A stretch of 64,000 nucleotides of DNA from positions 2,432,001-2,496,000 of the forward strand of contig OY762463.1 in assembly GCA_963665815.1 (NCBI GenBank), written 5' to 3'. The notes under the pieces were generated by a model. It was not told the DNA's origin. It ran no database searches and saw nothing but the letters and a program-made list of their open reading frames with translations. Origin of the DNA: Candidatus Cloacimonadales bacterium. Its GTDB lineage: Bacteria; Cloacimonadota; Cloacimonadia; Cloacimonadales; JAIOQZ01. Made by a program: the position numbers and the translations under genes. The number at the start of each line of letters is the position of its first letter. The first letter of the stretch is position 1. Shown here one piece after another: positions 1-10,592 of the stretch.

Positions 1-139
1 CATTAAGCTGAGACAATGAGAAGTTCATTGCTCTGGACCTGGCACTGAACTTCTTGAGTCCCAGATAAACAGCATCTGCTCCGCCTTCTACGGCAGCATG
101 AAAACTTTCAATGTTTCCCGAAGGAAGAAGTAGTTCCAT
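1..139 (-). CDS. U32 family peptidase/RNA-hydroxylation protein, 5' part only (runs off window)
   Basis: Manual translation MELLLPSGNIESFHAAVEGGADAVYLGLKKFSARSRAMNF matches the typical U32 N-terminus (ELL.P.G...GADAVY.G...F.AR); AGGA RBS upstream. Not in ORF track. Confidence 0.85.
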   Translation of the reverse strand, partial: MELLLPSGNIESFHAAVEGGADAVYLGLKKFSARSRAMNFSLSQLN

Positions 140-265
140 TATTTGTTCCTGTCATTTTAGATTATACTGAATTTCAGTATTATTTTAGAACTTAATAAAA
201 TAATATATATTTTGTGTCAAATCACTATTGACAATTAAATAAAAAGAGTATAAATTTAGTAAAAT

Positions 266-1684
266 ATGAATAAAATACTATTGTTACTGCTTTGCTTTGT
301 CATTATCGCCTGTGCTATGCAGATCGGTGAAGAAAAGCTTAAAGATAAAAAAGGCAAAAAAGCCTTAAAAAACATGCAGCCTGTGCAGAATAAATTTGTC
401 ATAGGGGTTTCTACCTGGCAGGAATCTGAGAGTGAAGCTTTGCAGTCTGCCATGCTCAATGCACGTATTCAGATTGTTGAAAGTCTGGGACTCAAAGTTG
501 AGATCAGATCTTTTGAGCAGGTTAAAGGATCAACCGGAAGCATGAATATTGACAAGAAGCTTGATCTGAGGTCGTCTATTTACGCAAAAAGTATATTGTC
601 TACAGAATACAATCAGTACTACACAGAAAAATGGATGGAGCAGGCACAGGATGGTATCAGATACAAATACAAATCCTGGGTGAAAATTGAATTCTCCAAA
701 GAGAAGCATAAACAATACTGGCTGGGATTTCTCAGGGATGCAAATGCAAAATTCACCATGAAACTCAGCGAATGCAGATCAAACACAGATGAGGCTGAAA
801 AGATTTCTGCTCTGATGAATTTATTAAAATCTTACTATGATACGGAAAAGGATTTCTCAGACAATTTCTGGTTAGTCAGAGAAGAGTTATACAATAAGTT
901 TATTGTGACCGGTAAAGAAATATCCGAAGAGATTATGTCTGAGATGAATAATGTCAGAATTATTGTTGATTCCCTCAGAGATGACAATTTCGTTATGCGA
1001 GTAAACTATCATGATAAACCTCTCAGAAATTATCCCGTATACATATCTTCTCCCGAGCTCGAACTGGATCATAATTTTATCTCTGGAAGAAAAGGTGAAA
1101 TTCTTATTCCTGTACATTTCAAAGATGCTCGAAATGCAGATGTAAGAGTTTATGCCGGATTGAAAGAGATTGCTGACAGGAATGCGATTATAATACCGGA
1201 TCAAAGATTCTGTATTGTTTCTCCGCTTAACAAAGCAGGGTTCGTTGTAGGGATTAAGATGAATCCTGAAAGCTATGGTATCGAATTCAGGGATACTATT
1301 CTTAAAAACTTTAAGGATCAGGGATTTACAGTTAAACTTGGAGAAAGTACTGATAAAGGTTATCAGATTACATGCGATATCAGTACAGAATTCCAGAAAT
1401 CATTGAAATCATATCCTGGCTACATAATTTCAAAATCGTTTTATGATATAAAAGTTGTACGTGTTCCGGATCAGGAAATAATATACACGTATAGTATTCC
1501 TAATGACAGATACAGAGATACAAGAGGATTTGGCTTGACTGAAAAAAAATCGGTAACTAATGCTGTTAATCTCAAGAATCTATCGTTAAAGAATGATTTT
1601 TTCAGTATTACCATGCGAAATATAAACGAATATATTGAAAGAGATATAAAAGAAAGAACAGGTGTTATGAAGATTAATCAATGA
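266..1684 (+). CDS. Hypothetical secreted protein/lipoprotein (LPP20-like N-terminal region possible)
   Basis: 472-aa ORF; hydrophobic N-terminus ending IIAC; 'EALQSAMLNARIQIVESL' resembles the LPP20-type helix; TTGACA upstream at ~228. Confidence 0.6.
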   Translation: MNKILLLLLCFVIIACAMQIGEEKLKDKKGKKALKNMQPVQNKFVIGVSTWQESESEALQSAMLNARIQIVESLGLKVEIRSFEQVKGSTGSMNIDKKLDLRSSIYAKSILSTEYNQYYTEKWMEQAQDGIRYKYKSWVKIEFSKEKHKQYWLGFLRDANAKFTMKLSECRSNTDEAEKISALMNLLKSYYDTEKDFSDNFWLVREELYNKFIVTGKEISEEIMSEMNNVRIIVDSLRDDNFVMRVNYHDKPLRNYPVYISSPELELDHNFISGRKGEILIPVHFKDARNADVRVYAGLKEIADRNAIIIPDQRFCIVSPLNKAGFVVGIKMNPESYGIEFRDTILKNFKDQGFTVKLGESTDKGYQITCDISTEFQKSLKSYPGYIISKSFYDIKVVRVPDQEIIYTYSIPNDRYRDTRGFGLTEKKSVTNAVNLKNLSLKNDFFSITMRNINEYIERDIKERTGVMKINQ

Positions 1685-1815
1685 GAGTGCTTTGCATAAT
1701 AGCATTACTATTCAGTTTTGCCTTTATTGATTCGTGAAACTAAATAATTTCATCAACTAATCAAATTATGCAAAAATCTTAATGATTTTTTATAAACAGT
1801 AAATAAGGAGTGATT

Positions 1816-2529
1816 ATGTTAAATCTTGAAAAAAGATTACAGGAATTTGAGGGAGGAAAAATTCTTGATGTAGCCACCGGAAGAGGTGAATTTATTCACT
1901 TTCTGGTTCATACAATCAAGTCGTTCGATGAAATAGTAGGAATTGATATTACAGATATGGCTTTCAGGGAAATTATGGGCTTTTTCGAAGATCATGCGGT
2001 AAAACTCCATAAGATGGATGCATATAAAATGGATTTCCGTGATGAGACATTTGATACTGTATGCCTTTCAAATTCTATTCATCATTTTAATGATGTAGAT
2101 AAAGTTTTCTCAGAAATGAAACGAATCCTTAAACCAGGTGGAAATTTTGTTATTCAGGAAATGGTTTGTGATGACAGCCAGACTGAACAGCAGAAATCTC
2201 ATATAATGCTGCACCATTGGTTTGCAAAAATTGATATGATGAATAATCGTTATCATGATCATACATGTACAAAAGAGCAGCTCTGGGAGCAAATTGACGC
2301 AATAGGACTTTCTGAATATGAAAAATTTGAGTATACTCCTGAGATGAAAGAACCTATGAGTGAAGAAGGTATAAACAGATATATTCATCTTACGGATCAG
2401 GTTATATCAAACTTCAGGAATTCAGATAATTATTGCGCATTAAATAAAGAAAAGGAAATTATTCAGGAACATATCAGAAAAAACGGATTTGCTCCGGCTG
2501 ATATGATATTCCTCATGGGGAAGAAATAG
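1816..2529 (+). CDS. Class I SAM-dependent methyltransferase
   Basis: ILDVATGRG motif I, GIDI, FDTV, RILKPGG; AAGGAG RBS before ATG 1816. Confidence 0.9.
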   Translation: MLNLEKRLQEFEGGKILDVATGRGEFIHFLVHTIKSFDEIVGIDITDMAFREIMGFFEDHAVKLHKMDAYKMDFRDETFDTVCLSNSIHHFNDVDKVFSEMKRILKPGGNFVIQEMVCDDSQTEQQKSHIMLHHWFAKIDMMNNRYHDHTCTKEQLWEQIDAIGLSEYEKFEYTPEMKEPMSEEGINRYIHLTDQVISNFRNSDNYCALNKEKEIIQEHIRKNGFAPADMIFLMGKK

Positions 2530-3210
2530 ATGATATTCATTTTAAACACAATTATTGATAACGCCGGAAGTATTAAATTCGACAAAACTATCACCAGAAT
2601 AATGAAAGAAGCTGAAAAAGAATTCAAGATAATCTATCTGAATGAGTTCAATAAAGACTTCGATTTCAGTGATTACACTCACCTTTTAATCTCGGGATCA
2701 GGTCTTTCTGCCTGCAAAGTAAATCCTGATGATGAAAAGCTGTTTTATATCGTCGATCACTTTGTGAAAGCTGACAAAAGAGTCCTGGGAATCTGCTACG
2801 GTCACCAGATGCTCTCAGCATACCTCTATGGACGTCAGACAGTTCGCAAAGCTGAACATGGAGAAATATGTCTGATAGAACTGAAATTCAAGGAAGATGA
2901 GTTGTTTGAGGGGATCAAAGAAACAATTACATTGTCTGCTCATTTTGATGAAATTTTTAATATTCCTGAGACATCACCAATTTTATGCTCATCCAAAAAC
3001 TGTTCAGTGCAGGCATTCAGACATGGAAACAAAAAAATATGGGGCATTCAGTTCCACCCGGAACACAACTTTGATGAAGCTGTTGACTCTGTTGTTAAAG
3101 CTAAACTCAAGTACACTGATCTTAATGTATTCCCGGAATCTCCATCTGATGTTGACGAAGAAAAATATAATAATAATTGTATAATAATTAAAAACTTTGT
3201 AAATTTATAA
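2530..3210 (+). CDS. Type 1 glutamine amidotransferase (GMP-synthase GATase-like)
   Basis: GICYGHQ nucleophile elbow and QFHPE triad; abuts the upstream stop. Confidence 0.9.
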   Translation: MIFILNTIIDNAGSIKFDKTITRIMKEAEKEFKIIYLNEFNKDFDFSDYTHLLISGSGLSACKVNPDDEKLFYIVDHFVKADKRVLGICYGHQMLSAYLYGRQTVRKAEHGEICLIELKFKEDELFEGIKETITLSAHFDEIFNIPETSPILCSSKNCSVQAFRHGNKKIWGIQFHPEHNFDEAVDSVVKAKLKYTDLNVFPESPSDVDEEKYNNNCIIIKNFVNL

Positions 3211-3217
3211 TTCATGT

Positions 3218-3245
3218 GCAGGCTGATGATTATTCGTCAGCCTGT
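3218..3245 (+). terminator. Hairpin/probable terminator
   Basis: CAGGCTGA...TCAGCCTG stem just after the GATase stop; weak U-tract. Confidence 0.55.
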
Positions 3246-3304
3246 TGTTCATTTCTCCATATTGTGCGGTTATTGCACTCCTAAAACAAACAAAAAGGTA
3301 CATA

Positions 3305-6271
3305 ATGCACTTAAATGAAGTAACTTACTATTTTAACAAATTCAAATTCGGTGAAGACAATTTCCACAATCTGATGAGTTACCATGTTCAGGAGATACTC
3401 ATTGTATCTTCGTTCTATGACGCATTCATATTCGAACAGGATGGGAAACTTTCAGAAAAGATCTTTGGTGAGTACAGACAGCTCAATCTCAGTAAAGCTC
3501 CCCGAATAACCAGTGTTCCTACCGGTGAAGAAGCTTTGAATATAATGAAAAAAGTGGATTTTGATATGGTAATTACGAGAACACGGATCGGAGAAATTAC
3601 CGCACATGAACTTAGTAAGGAGATTCATAACAAGTATCCTGAAATTCCGGTTTTATTGTTACTGAATGATAATGAGCTTCAATATACTGATAAGTCTGAT
3701 CCTGATATGCAGTACTTTGAAAATCTGTTCTTCTGGACCGGTGACAGTAACATATTTCTTACTATGATTAAGTATGTTGAGGACAGAAAGAACCTTGAAT
3801 ACGATACATCCCTTGGACTCGTACAGGTTATACTACTTGTTGAAGACTCAATAGCATTCTATTCCAGATATTTCCCTCTTTTATACTCTATTGTGGTGCG
3901 ACAAACACAGCACCTGATTAAGCAGGAACTGAATGATAACGACAAAATGCTGAGAATGCGTGCCAGACCAAAGGTTATCATGTGTCACACATATGACGAC
4001 GCAATGAATCTCTACGAACAATACAAAGATAATATTATAGCCATAATTTCTGATGTAAGCTACCCATGTAATGGTAAAATGGAAGATTTTGCGGGAATCA
4101 ACCTTTTGACTAAGCTGAAGAAAGAAAATCCGTATGTATCATTTCTTCTTCAATCACATGATATCGAGAATAAAGAATATGCTGATAAGATTGGTGTATC
4201 TTTCCTGCATAAAAACTCTCCAACCCTGCTTTCCGATCTAAGACATTTTGTTGTTAAAAGACTAGGTTATGGCGACTTTATATTCAGGGACTCAAAAGGT
4301 AAAAAGCTGATGCGTGCTTCAACTTTAAGTGATTTCAAACAAAAGCTGCTGCAGGCTCCTGATGATTCTATTCTATACCACAGTAAGATGAATGACTTTT
4401 CTACCTGGCTGCAGGCTCACGGTGCATTTCTGATTGCAAAAGAACTAAGGTGCCTGAAAATTAAAGATTTCCGATCAGTAAATGAAATCCGCAGTTATCT
4501 GAATGATATTTTTCAAGAAGTTCAAAATTTAAAAAATCGTGGAAAAATTATAAGTTACAATAAAGAAATTATTGATCAGGATGACTGTGTAGTCAGACTT
4601 GCAGATGGCTCTCTTGGAGGTAAGGGTAGGGGACTCGCTTTTCTTAATGCTCTTCTTGTATCAATGGAATATGAGAACAAATATCAGGGAGTAAGAATAA
4701 AGATACCCCGCACTTTCATTATCGGAACCGATGAGTTTGATAAATTCGTGGAGACAAACAACATCTCATCCAAAATAGCGGAACTAAGTGACGATGAGAT
4801 TGAAACAAAATTCCTTAAGTCTCATCTTTCGCCTGAATTGAAAGACACATTATATGAGATGATGGAGTATTACAGAACTCCTTTTGCCGTCAGATCGTCA
4901 GGTTTACTGGAAGACTCTCAGGCACAGCCCTTTGCAGGAATTTACAGAACATACCTTATTCCGAATAATCATCAGCATCTGTATGAAAGATTTAAGCACA
5001 TCACTGATGCTATTAAGCTGGTATATGCTTCTGTTTTTCTCAGCGAAACGAGAAAATATATTGAAAGCATTAACTATAAACTGGAAGATGAAAAAATGGC
5101 TGTTGTGATTCAGCAGGTTGCAGGAGAAAAGCATGATAGTTATTTTTATCCGCATATCTCCGGAGTTGCACAATCATATAATTACTACCCGGTAAAGGGC
5201 TTCACTGCAACAGATGGAATAGCTTCCGTTGCAATTGGACTTGGAAAAACAGTTGTAGATGGAGAACGCACATTTAAATTCGTTCCGGGACAGCCAAAGC
5301 GAGACATACTTTCAACTGATGAAATGATGAGATCAACTCAGAAAAAAGCTTATGTTCTGGATATGAAGAACTCAAATGGTAAGCTCTCGAATGGGGAAAA
5401 AGAAACCTATGCACATCTGCGTATTCGCGAACTTCAGAGTCACAACACTTTAAGTAAACTTGTATCAGTCTGGGATTATACCAACGAGCGTCTTGTGGAT
5501 GATATTAAAGCTAAGGGACCTGTTGTTGTAACTTTCTCCAGCATTCTTAAGTATGATGTCTTCCCTCTTGCAAAAATAATTAAGGATATGCTTGATATTG
5601 GTCAGATCGCCATGGGTGCACCTGTTGAAATAGAGTTTGCCGTAAATCTGCAAAAGTATGGGTCACAAAAACGCCCAATTTTCTATCTGCTACAGATCAG
5701 ACCTCTTACAGTCAATGAACAGGAATATTCGATTCCTGACGACTTAAGGAACCCGGAAAATACTGTATTCTATTCAACTAAATCCATGGGGAACGGTATT
5801 CATAAGAATGTCCAGGACTTTATAATTGTAGACCCTGATCTGTATGATCCTAACAAAACTATGGAAATATCAGAAGAAATTGAGATTCTTAACACAGAGA
5901 TGATAGAAGAAGGCAAAAAGTATGTACTGATTGGTCCGGGACGCTGGGGTACAAGGGACAGGTTCCTTGGTGTACCTGTTCGTTGGGATCAGATCAGCAA
6001 CTCAGAAGTCATAATTGAAGTAACGAAAGAGGAATACGCTATTGATTCATCTCAGGGAACTCATTTCTTTCATAATCTCATATCTCAACAGGTAGGTTAT
6101 GTTTCTATCCCACACAACTCCGAATCAGACTATATGAATTGGGAAAGGGTGACATCAGGTACTTTGATCAGAGAATTGAAATATTGTAAACATTATAGAT
6201 TGGTAGAACAGGTAGACATCATAATCGACGGTAAGAATGGTGAATCTCTGGCATTCTTTAAGAATTGTTGA
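3305..6271 (+). CDS. PEP/pyruvate-binding (PPDK_N) domain protein with N-terminal receiver-like domains
   Basis: ILLVED and IISDV receiver motifs; LGGKGRGL, AVRSSGLLEDS..FAGIY, EIEFAV and LLQIRP PPDK_N motifs; SQGTHFF near the C-terminus. Start moved to ATG 3305 (AAAAGGT RBS). Confidence 0.85.
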   Translation: MHLNEVTYYFNKFKFGEDNFHNLMSYHVQEILIVSSFYDAFIFEQDGKLSEKIFGEYRQLNLSKAPRITSVPTGEEALNIMKKVDFDMVITRTRIGEITAHELSKEIHNKYPEIPVLLLLNDNELQYTDKSDPDMQYFENLFFWTGDSNIFLTMIKYVEDRKNLEYDTSLGLVQVILLVEDSIAFYSRYFPLLYSIVVRQTQHLIKQELNDNDKMLRMRARPKVIMCHTYDDAMNLYEQYKDNIIAIISDVSYPCNGKMEDFAGINLLTKLKKENPYVSFLLQSHDIENKEYADKIGVSFLHKNSPTLLSDLRHFVVKRLGYGDFIFRDSKGKKLMRASTLSDFKQKLLQAPDDSILYHSKMNDFSTWLQAHGAFLIAKELRCLKIKDFRSVNEIRSYLNDIFQEVQNLKNRGKIISYNKEIIDQDDCVVRLADGSLGGKGRGLAFLNALLVSMEYENKYQGVRIKIPRTFIIGTDEFDKFVETNNISSKIAELSDDEIETKFLKSHLSPELKDTLYEMMEYYRTPFAVRSSGLLEDSQAQPFAGIYRTYLIPNNHQHLYERFKHITDAIKLVYASVFLSETRKYIESINYKLEDEKMAVVIQQVAGEKHDSYFYPHISGVAQSYNYYPVKGFTATDGIASVAIGLGKTVVDGERTFKFVPGQPKRDILSTDEMMRSTQKKAYVLDMKNSNGKLSNGEKETYAHLRIRELQSHNTLSKLVSVWDYTNERLVDDIKAKGPVVVTFSSILKYDVFPLAKIIKDMLDIGQIAMGAPVEIEFAVNLQKYGSQKRPIFYLLQIRPLTVNEQEYSIPDDLRNPENTVFYSTKSMGNGIHKNVQDFIIVDPDLYDPNKTMEISEEIEILNTEMIEEGKKYVLIGPGRWGTRDRFLGVPVRWDQISNSEVIIEVTKEEYAIDSSQGTHFFHNLISQQVGYVSIPHNSESDYMNWERVTSGTLIRELKYCKHYRLVEQVDIIIDGKNGESLAFFKNC

Positions 6272-6395
6272 TTGCGTATTTTCCGTATTGGTAGTATTTT
6301 AAGAATTTTTTGTAAAAAAAAGACAGGATAATATTGACAAACTTATCTTTAAAATCGGAATGTGGCTTAAACGTAATATAAATACGGAGGATACT

Positions 6396-7730
6396 ATGAC
6401 TATTAATGAATTTATGGCGAAAATTGAAGCCAAAAATCCGGCACAACCGGAATTTCTTCAGGCTGTGCGTGAAGTTGTTGAGTCTATCTGGGATGTTTAT
6501 CAAAACAATCCACGTTACTTAGCTGCTAACATTCTTGAAAGAATAGTTGAACCTGAAAGAGCAATTACTTTCCGCGTACCATGGGTTGATGACAATGGTA
6601 AGGTTCAAGTAAACAGAGGATATCGTGTTGAATTTAACAGCGCTATCGGACCTTACAAGGGTGGTCTTCGTTTTCACCCTAGCGTAACCCTCTCAATCCT
6701 TAAGTTCCTTGGATTCGAGCAGATCTTTAAAAACAGTCTTACTACACTCCCTATGGGTGGTGGTAAAGGTGGATCTGACTTTGACGCTAAAGGTAAATCT
6801 GACATGGAAATCATGAGATTCTGCCAAGCGTTCATGTCTGAACTTTTCCGTCACATCGGACCTGATACTGACGTTCCAGCTGGTGACATCGGTGTTGGTG
6901 GCCGCGAAATCGGTTACATGTTCGGTATGTACAAAAAATTAAGAAATGAATTCACAGGTGTTCTTACCGGTAAAGGTATTAAATGGGGCGGTTCATTAAT
7001 CAGACCTGAAGCTACAGGTTTTGGTGCTGTTTACTTCGCTCAGGAAATGCTTAAAACTAAAGGTGAAACATTTGAAGGTAAAGTATGTGCTGTTTCCGGT
7101 TTCGGTAATGTTGCATGGGGTGCTTGCCAAAAAATTCATGAATTAGGTGGAAAAGTCGTAACACTCTCAGGACCTGACGGATACGTTTACGATCCAGCAG
7201 GAATATTCGGAGAAAAAGTTGACTTCATGCTTGAGATGCGTGCTTCTAATAACGATACAGTTAAAGATTACGCTGACGAGTTTGGTGTTGAATTCTTCCC
7301 TGGAAAACGTCCTTGGGAACAAAAAGTTGACGTTGCTCTTCCATGTGCTACTCAAAACGAACTTGATGGTTCAGATGCAGAAAAACTTATTGCTAATGGC
7401 GTAATGGCTATTGCTGAAGGTGCTAACATGCCTTGTACTCCTGAAGCTGTTGAAGCATTCCAGAAAGCTAAAGTTCTCTTTGCTCCTGGTAAAGCTGCTA
7501 ACGCTGGCGGTGTTGCTACATCCGGACTTGAAATGTCTCAAAACTCAATGAGATACAGCTGGACTTCCGAAGAAGTTGATGCTAAACTCAATCACATTAT
7601 GGTTGAAATCCATAAAGCATGTGTTGAGTATGGTCGTGTTGACGATACATTTGTTGATTACGTACGTGGTGCAAACGTAGCCGGCTTCATTAAAGTTGCT
7701 GATGCTATGGTTGATCAAGGTATTGTATAA
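6396..7730 (+). CDS. gdhA: NADP-specific glutamate dehydrogenase
   Basis: GPYKGGLRFHPSV, GGGKGG, DVPAGDIGVG, RPEATG, GFGNV; GGAGG RBS before ATG 6396. Confidence 0.97.
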   Translation: MTINEFMAKIEAKNPAQPEFLQAVREVVESIWDVYQNNPRYLAANILERIVEPERAITFRVPWVDDNGKVQVNRGYRVEFNSAIGPYKGGLRFHPSVTLSILKFLGFEQIFKNSLTTLPMGGGKGGSDFDAKGKSDMEIMRFCQAFMSELFRHIGPDTDVPAGDIGVGGREIGYMFGMYKKLRNEFTGVLTGKGIKWGGSLIRPEATGFGAVYFAQEMLKTKGETFEGKVCAVSGFGNVAWGACQKIHELGGKVVTLSGPDGYVYDPAGIFGEKVDFMLEMRASNNDTVKDYADEFGVEFFPGKRPWEQKVDVALPCATQNELDGSDAEKLIANGVMAIAEGANMPCTPEAVEAFQKAKVLFAPGKAANAGGVATSGLEMSQNSMRYSWTSEEVDAKLNHIMVEIHKACVEYGRVDDTFVDYVRGANVAGFIKVADAMVDQGIV

Positions 7731-7758
7731 TACATTATTATATAGAATATACTAAACT

Positions 7759-7789
7759 AAGCCTGTTGCATTGCGACAGGCTTTTTTTT
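7759..7789 (+). terminator. Rho-independent terminator after gdhA
   Basis: AAGCCTGT...ACAGGCTT stem followed by a T-run. Confidence 0.85.
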
Positions 7790-7842
7790 ACCCTGACAAT
7801 AATCCCAGGATATATAGATTTCTTTGAACTACAAAACAATGC

Positions 7843-9726
7843 TTAATTATCTTCCATATCAGCCCACTTTTCAAACAGCTCTTCCAGAGTATTTTCACAA
7901 TCCGCTTTCTTGTTCATAAGCTCTGTCAGCTTCTCATAATCTGTGCCATGAATAATCATATCCTGCTCAAGCTTTAGGATTTCGGACTCAACACTCTCAA
8001 TTTCATCCTGCAGCTTATCAAGTCTCCGCTGCTTCCTCTTCTCTTCCTTACTGTCTGCTCTGGAATCCTTCTTCACTGCTGATTTTGGTTTCACTTCATT
8101 TGCTATTTTCTCTGACTTCTTCTTTCGGTAGTAATCATAATTACCATTATATGTTACAATTTTACTGTTCTCTATACTACAGATTCTGTCTGCGAGTTTG
8201 TTTATGAAGTAACGGTCGTGGGAGATAAACAATATTGTTCCTTCAAAACCCGTCAGTGATTCCTCCAGCATTTCTCTGGAAGCTATATCCAAATGGTTGG
8301 TCGGTTCATCAAGCATCAGCAGATTAATCTCCTGGCTGAGCAAAAAGCACAGTCTAAGCCTGACCTTTTCCCCACCGGATAAATCTTTAATTGTCTTGAA
8401 GACCTCATCTCTCGTAAAGAGGAATCTCGCCAGCCTGGTTCTTGCTTCATTCTCATATAAATTGAATGTTCTCTGATATAAATCCAGGATTGATCTGCTT
8501 TCATCGGAGAACTCAATCTCCTGCTCGAGATAACCCAGTTTTACACTTGCACCGAGTTCACAAATACCTGAGTCCGGTTCCAGTTCTCCCATCACAAGCT
8601 TGAAGAACGTTGTTTTACCTGATCCGTTCTTTCCCAGCAGTGCAGTCTTTTCCTGATACAACGCCAGAAAATCAACATCCTTGAAAATCTGCTTATTTCC
8701 GAAGCTTTTTGACATTTTCTCTGCTGTTATAACCCGTTTGCCTGATCTTGCTCCGGAAGTAAGATTGAAGTTCATAGTTTTAGCTGTCTGCGGTCTACCC
8801 TGCTCTTCCAGCTCATCAGCCATTTTCTCATAGCGTTTTGCCCGTGCCATATGAGCATTATTATCCGTGTTGATTCTGCCCCATACTCTGTATCGTTCTG
8901 CAGCAGCTCTCAGAGCTTTTATCTTTTTCTGTCTGTCTTTGAATGCCTCAAACTCCTGCTTGATTTTCAAGTCTTTCTCTTCCTGATAAAATGAATAATT
9001 ACCAGAGTAAGTAACAGTTTTACCGAACTCAAGCTCCACAATTTTATTGCAGACTCTATCCAGAAAATACCTATCGTGAGATATAATAACTGTACTTCCT
9101 TCATAATCAGCCAGATAGCCTTCCAGCCATTCCACAGCATCAATATCGAGATGGTTCGTCGGCTCATCAAGTAGTAGGATATCCGGTGATTGAAGAAGCA
9201 TACGTGCCAACATGACAATAGTCTTTTCTCCCCCGGAAAGCTTCATGAAACTTCTAGATCGGAAATCTGCCGAAAACTTAAATCCGGAAAGAATTTTGGC
9301 TTTTTCTACTTCCACATCATAACCACCGGCATGCTCGTATTCAGTCTGTAAAGCTCCAAGTTTGTCTAACAATGTATCATAATCAGGATTATTCACATCA
9401 GACAATGCTTTTTCATAACGTTTTATCTCGGCAGCTTTAGCAAAGATATCTGCAAATGCTTCATTGATTACATCTTCTACGGAAGCTGTTTCGGGATAAT
9501 CCGGGATCTGGTGCAGATAACCAAGTGAAGCATTCTTCATCATGGATACATGTCCTTCGTCCTGAGCCTCCAGACCTGCAATAATCTTGAATACCGTTGT
9601 TTTTCCGGTACCGTTTCTGCCGATGAATCCGACATTCTCACCCGACTTAACAACGAATGAAACGTCTGTAAAAACGGTCTGGCCACCAAAGTTTTTTTTA
9701 AGTCCTGAACAATTAAGCTGAATCAT
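7843..9726 (-). CDS. ABC-F family ATPase with C-terminal coiled coil
   Basis: Two ABC cassettes (GRNGTGKT/LSGGE/LLLDEPTNHLD; GKNGSGKT/LSGGE/LDEPTNHLD); no TM domain. Confidence 0.93.
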   Translation of the reverse strand: MIQLNCSGLKKNFGGQTVFTDVSFVVKSGENVGFIGRNGTGKTTVFKIIAGLEAQDEGHVSMMKNASLGYLHQIPDYPETASVEDVINEAFADIFAKAAEIKRYEKALSDVNNPDYDTLLDKLGALQTEYEHAGGYDVEVEKAKILSGFKFSADFRSRSFMKLSGGEKTIVMLARMLLQSPDILLLDEPTNHLDIDAVEWLEGYLADYEGSTVIISHDRYFLDRVCNKIVELEFGKTVTYSGNYSFYQEEKDLKIKQEFEAFKDRQKKIKALRAAAERYRVWGRINTDNNAHMARAKRYEKMADELEEQGRPQTAKTMNFNLTSGARSGKRVITAEKMSKSFGNKQIFKDVDFLALYQEKTALLGKNGSGKTTFFKLVMGELEPDSGICELGASVKLGYLEQEIEFSDESRSILDLYQRTFNLYENEARTRLARFLFTRDEVFKTIKDLSGGEKVRLRLCFLLSQEINLLMLDEPTNHLDIASREMLEESLTGFEGTILFISHDRYFINKLADRICSIENSKIVTYNGNYDYYRKKKSEKIANEVKPKSAVKKDSRADSKEEKRKQRRLDKLQDEIESVESEILKLEQDMIIHGTDYEKLTELMNKKADCENTLEELFEKWADMEDN

Positions 9727-10266
9727 TTACACTACCTCAAAGCAAGTTCTTATAAGATCCTTGAACTGTGAACCACCTTTGTTCTCAGCAAATTCTCCCA
9801 AGTATATCATCTTCTTTCCTTTTGTACTAAGAAAGTACATTTCTATTCCACCCACAATCCGTCTAGATGTATTCCGTGTGACAATCGAAGAATAATCATC
9901 AAAACTGATACAACTCTCGTAGATGTTATTCTTGAACACTGCAGAATTATCATCAAAGTTGATAACAATTGAATTCCTGTAGAAGAATGGTGAAATAATT
10001 TTGAATCTTGTGACATAATAATATAATAGTGCAACTGGAATTATGATGTATATACTAAGCCGTAATCCAAAGAAAACAAGTGGAGCGGCTAAATGCAGCA
10101 TACTGTAGCTTACCCCTAAAATTCTTAAGTACAAAGGATCAGACATGTTAATTGATAACTTGTTATTGGTGTAATCTATTGCAGTTCTAAGTTCCGACAT
10201 AATTTCAATTAAGTGCTTTATAGATTTCCTTATTCTGTTCTCTTTTCCTGGTCTCATTGATTCCAT
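9727..10266 (-). CDS. Hypothetical membrane protein
   Basis: 179-aa ORF with two hydrophobic segments; abuts the ABC-F start. Confidence 0.55.
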   Translation of the reverse strand: MESMRPGKENRIRKSIKHLIEIMSELRTAIDYTNNKLSINMSDPLYLRILGVSYSMLHLAAPLVFFGLRLSIYIIIPVALLYYYVTRFKIISPFFYRNSIVINFDDNSAVFKNNIYESCISFDDYSSIVTRNTSRRIVGGIEMYFLSTKGKKMIYLGEFAENKGGSQFKDLIRTCFEVV

Positions 10267-10592
10267 CCATCATTTATATTCAGAAATGAATTTTGCTCCC
10301 TGCAAAGTCAAACATCCGATAAACAGCAGGTTAGCGATAAGCTGATTTCTGTCTATGAAATATTAAAAATTTTGACTTATCACTATCAACTTTACCGAGC
10401 AATAATCTCTGTTTTTCAGACAGGAAAACAGCATAAAATATTCAATTTTATAATAAATACTTTACAATTATTTTCAAATTATTAAATATATGGGCGTACA
10501 TAAAAACATTGAGAGAACTTTTCGTGACACTTTGAGCTAAGTGTTATGCAGATTAACTAACCTAAATATGCAAAGGTCTAACAGGAGTTGCA

